Shown: positions 61,401-64,000 of the stretch, one piece after another
Numbering within the stretch: position 1 is the stretch's first letter
Layout: each line of letters begins with the position of its first letter
Source of the DNA: a virus
Lineage: Duplodnaviria > Heunggongvirae > Uroviricota > Caudoviricetes
Reading direction: 5' to 3' (one strand)
Virus record (IMG/VR): IMGVR_UViG_3300021431_002946
Span: 64,001-128,000 of that record
DNA: 64,000 nt
The notes under the pieces: generated by a model
The model's database searches: none
What the model was told of the DNA's origin: nothing
Seen by the model: only the letters and a program-made list of their open reading frames with translations
Translations under genes and position numbers: made by a program

Positions 61401-62531
61401 ATGGAAGAGCATATAGCTTATAATATAGAAGATAGTTATGTAGAATTAACTGAAAAATATGAAATTAAAGCAGTAAAAAATTTTTATGAAATTCTTAATA
61501 AAAATACATTAGATTATTCTGAAATACTTGAAGAATTAAATGCAATATATGTAAATGTTAGACATGAATTTTTAACAGCAGGTCCATATAAAATTTTATG
61601 TATAGATGTTGAACCAGAAGAAGCAAAAAATATGATTCATTTTGTATTAAGAGATATAAGAAAAAAGTATACTGGAATAAACAGTAATTTTGGTGTATAT
61701 CAGTATATGAATACTCATGGAAATATAAAAAAATTTGAAATTGGTATTGAAATTAAAGATCAATCTATATTATATGCAACTAAAGATAATTATAAATGTG
61801 CATTTATGTTTAAATATGATATTGGTACTAATGTAATGCATGGTCATTATGTAAAAAATGAAATAGAGCTTAAAGTACATCAAAATCTCATAGAAAAAAT
61901 ATTACATATACATAGTATAGCATATATTACATCATATGGTGATGGATCTCCATTTAGTCATTATCCATCTCGTTCTAAATACAAAAATCGTTTTTGGGTT
62001 GACCCAAGTGAGAATATATATGTAACAAAAATTTATGAATTACCAGATCGGTTTGAAGTATTAATGCGTAGTGATGATTTAGAATATGCATATTATGGAA
62101 TAGATAAACAAGATATTTTAGATTTATGTAATACAGAAAGAAAAACTGATTTATTTAGCTCAAAATTATTTGACCAAAATTTTATTAATATGTTAAATAA
62201 TTCTTTAAATTATTTAAAATTACATACTACTATTTCTTCAGAAGCACAAGTATTTGTTTTTTATACAACAATTAATACAGAATGGAGTAATAAAGGACAT
62301 GCATTTATAGAAATAATAAATAATGCAAGTGATTATGTTGCATCTTTATTTATTACAGCATTTCTAAGTTGGGATGAAGAAAAATATCATGCTACTTTAT
62401 TAACAGATGCAGATCTTAAAAAACATATATCAAATTTCTTACGTCAAGCTGAAAATGAAAAAGATACTGATCATTATGAAGCAGTTAATTTTTATAGAGA
62501 AGATCTTGAAACAATAATAAATGCATTATAA
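61401..62531 (+). CDS. hypothetical protein
   Basis: GAGG RBS, 376 aa. Confidence 0.7.
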   Translation: MEEHIAYNIEDSYVELTEKYEIKAVKNFYEILNKNTLDYSEILEELNAIYVNVRHEFLTAGPYKILCIDVEPEEAKNMIHFVLRDIRKKYTGINSNFGVYQYMNTHGNIKKFEIGIEIKDQSILYATKDNYKCAFMFKYDIGTNVMHGHYVKNEIELKVHQNLIEKILHIHSIAYITSYGDGSPFSHYPSRSKYKNRFWVDPSENIYVTKIYELPDRFEVLMRSDDLEYAYYGIDKQDILDLCNTERKTDLFSSKLFDQNFINMLNNSLNYLKLHTTISSEAQVFVFYTTINTEWSNKGHAFIEIINNASDYVASLFITAFLSWDEEKYHATLLTDADLKKHISNFLRQAENEKDTDHYEAVNFYREDLETIINAL

Positions 62532-62544
62532 AAATTATTTACAT

Positions 62545-62615
62545 AAAAGTCTATTTAATAATAATAGTATGTATGCGAAAAATGCCTTAGTCTCTTGACT
62601 AGGGCATTATTATTT
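62545..62615 (+). promoter_or_regulatory. CTATTTAA motif + hairpin module
   Basis: AAAAGTCTATTTAATAATAATAG-TATGTATGCG-...AATGCCTTAGTC/GACTAGGGCATT. Confidence 0.6.
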
Positions 62616-62629
62616 AAGGAGTAAGAGAA

Positions 62630-63028
62630 ATGTATTATCATAGGCTAAAAAGATTGGCTAAAAATTTAAATATACTAGATAGTTATGAAGAGAATTTTTT
62701 AAATATAAAAATAAATTTACAAGATGGAAAATATGGAACAATATATATACAATTTGATTTTAAAGAAAATGATTATTCTATAAGATTAAATGTTGATGAA
62801 GATCAGTTTTGTCACATATATAATTTAGGATATGATGAAATTTCTACTTATAGAGATGAAATTAGCGGGTTAAATTTTATGAAGAAGTATGATAAAATAG
62901 ATTTAGCTGTAAAAGAACTTGATAGAATAATTAATATGATAAATATAAATTGTAAATATAGATTAACTGATATTGATTTTAAATTTGCAGAAAAAGCAAA
63001 AGAAATAATAAAAGTAAAAAGGAGTTAA
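62630..63028 (+). CDS. hypothetical protein
   Basis: AAGGAG RBS. Confidence 0.65.
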   Translation: MYYHRLKRLAKNLNILDSYEENFLNIKINLQDGKYGTIYIQFDFKENDYSIRLNVDEDQFCHIYNLGYDEISTYRDEISGLNFMKKYDKIDLAVKELDRIINMININCKYRLTDIDFKFAEKAKEIIKVKRS

Positions 63029-63550
63029 ATGTATATGAATATAGATATACTTGGTGAGTGTACGACTTATGAAGTTGATCTGTTAAAAGTACCAGATTTT
63101 ATGAGAGAGACTATAATGAAAAATCTTGGTATAGATTGTGATAATTTAATTCCTAGATTAAGTGCTGAAACTATTGCTCTTTATCATATTCCACAAGAGG
63201 CAGTTTGTCAAGAATCAAAGGAACTTGATGAAGATAATCTAGAATTAAAATTATATGATTATTTAAATAGAATGTCTTACTTTTTAGTTTGTGCATCTGT
63301 CTCTATTTGGAATGGTTTACCTGGTTATTATTTTTGTACTAATATCTTAAAAACAGTTGAAAGACCTATAGATACAAAAATTTATATTACAGAAGCAATA
63401 GATGGTGCAATAAAATGTAGAGAAATTCCTTATAATGTTTCTTCAGGTGTAGATACTTATATTATTGGTTTAACTGAATCTGATTATAATAGATTATTAT
63501 GCGAAGATTATGATGTAATTGAACAATTCGCAGTAGACCAATTTAAATAA
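63029..63550 (+). CDS. hypothetical protein
   Basis: AAGGAG RBS. Confidence 0.65.
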   Translation: MYMNIDILGECTTYEVDLLKVPDFMRETIMKNLGIDCDNLIPRLSAETIALYHIPQEAVCQESKELDEDNLELKLYDYLNRMSYFLVCASVSIWNGLPGYYFCTNILKTVERPIDTKIYITEAIDGAIKCREIPYNVSSGVDTYIIGLTESDYNRLLCEDYDVIEQFAVDQFK

Positions 63551-63561
63551 TTGGAGGCTTT

Positions 63562-63876
63562 ATGATAGTAGAAATATTTCAAGTAAAAAAAGATATTGAT
63601 GCAGTTCATGATATTATTTTTATGGATTATCAATTCGTAACAAAACTTGTACCTGACTTCATTAATACTTTTAAAAATTATTATAATAAAGTATATGAAT
63701 ACAATGAAAATACAAATTTAAAAGATGAAGATTTTTTAGAAGAAGTCTTTAAAAAATTTAATATAAATAGACCAGATAATTTTAAAGGTCATTCATTAAG
63801 TGTATCAGATATTATTATTTTAGATAATGATAGAATTTGGTATTGTGATAGTTTTGGTTTTAAAGAAATGAAATAA
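63562..63876 (+). CDS. YodL-like domain protein
   Basis: LEEVFKKFNINRPDNFKGHSLSVSDII...YCDSFGF. Confidence 0.8.
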   Translation: MIVEIFQVKKDIDAVHDIIFMDYQFVTKLVPDFINTFKNYYNKVYEYNENTNLKDEDFLEEVFKKFNINRPDNFKGHSLSVSDIIILDNDRIWYCDSFGFKEMK

Positions 63877-64000
63877 GGAGTTATTATGAAAGGTATAAAT
63901 ATATTAAATTCATGCACATATTATTCAGTAGATATTTCAAATCTTAAAAAAGAATTAAAAGATAAGTTAATTTATGAACTTGGTTTAAATGGTGATGAAA

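Noticed and set aside
1-64000. CRISPR array, tRNA or rRNA genes
   Set aside because: No regularly spaced direct repeats or cloverleaf/rRNA-like GC-rich segments were seen by eye; the dispersed hairpin modules are kilobases apart.
1-64000. Stop-codon reassignment (as in some gut phages)
   Set aside because: Coding density is high under code 11, and TAG and TGA both end genes that are followed directly by a new RBS and start.

Overview
Very AT-rich, densely coding, almost entirely + strand segment of a large mobile genome (jumbo phage or phage-like megaplasmid). Strong GGAG/AGGAGG RBSs, sigmaA-type promoters, a class III RNR and a clostridial-type surface protein point to an anaerobic Firmicute host. 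No virion, rRNA, tRNA or CRISPR features were seen. Most genes are short hypotheticals, several in paralog families. Recognisable genes: nrdH-like/nrdD/Hef-like endonuclease/nrdG, DUF5131, serpin, SprT-like, GNAT, GIY-YIG, a Replic_Relax + signal peptidase I + VirD4-like cluster, a transglutaminase/LRR surface protein, a SpoVK-type AAA+/M41 fusion and a frameshifted IS200/IS605 tnpB element. Three things stand out. (1) A radical SAM/SPASM maturase is followed by four Cys/Asp-rich precursor units sharing an M(K/V)FF(D/E/N)x(E/D) leader, two of them absent from the ORF track. (2) An FtsK-like gene carries a Pro-initiated class-3-like mini-intein and stops just after Walker A with what looks like an isolated intein block A, while a free-standing intein core lacking blocks A and G lies about 4 kb upstream: a candidate natural three-piece split intein. 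(3) A recurrent intergenic AAG.CTATTTAA..TAATAG motif is often followed at once by a covarying hairpin. All family calls come from motif recognition by eye; no database search was run.
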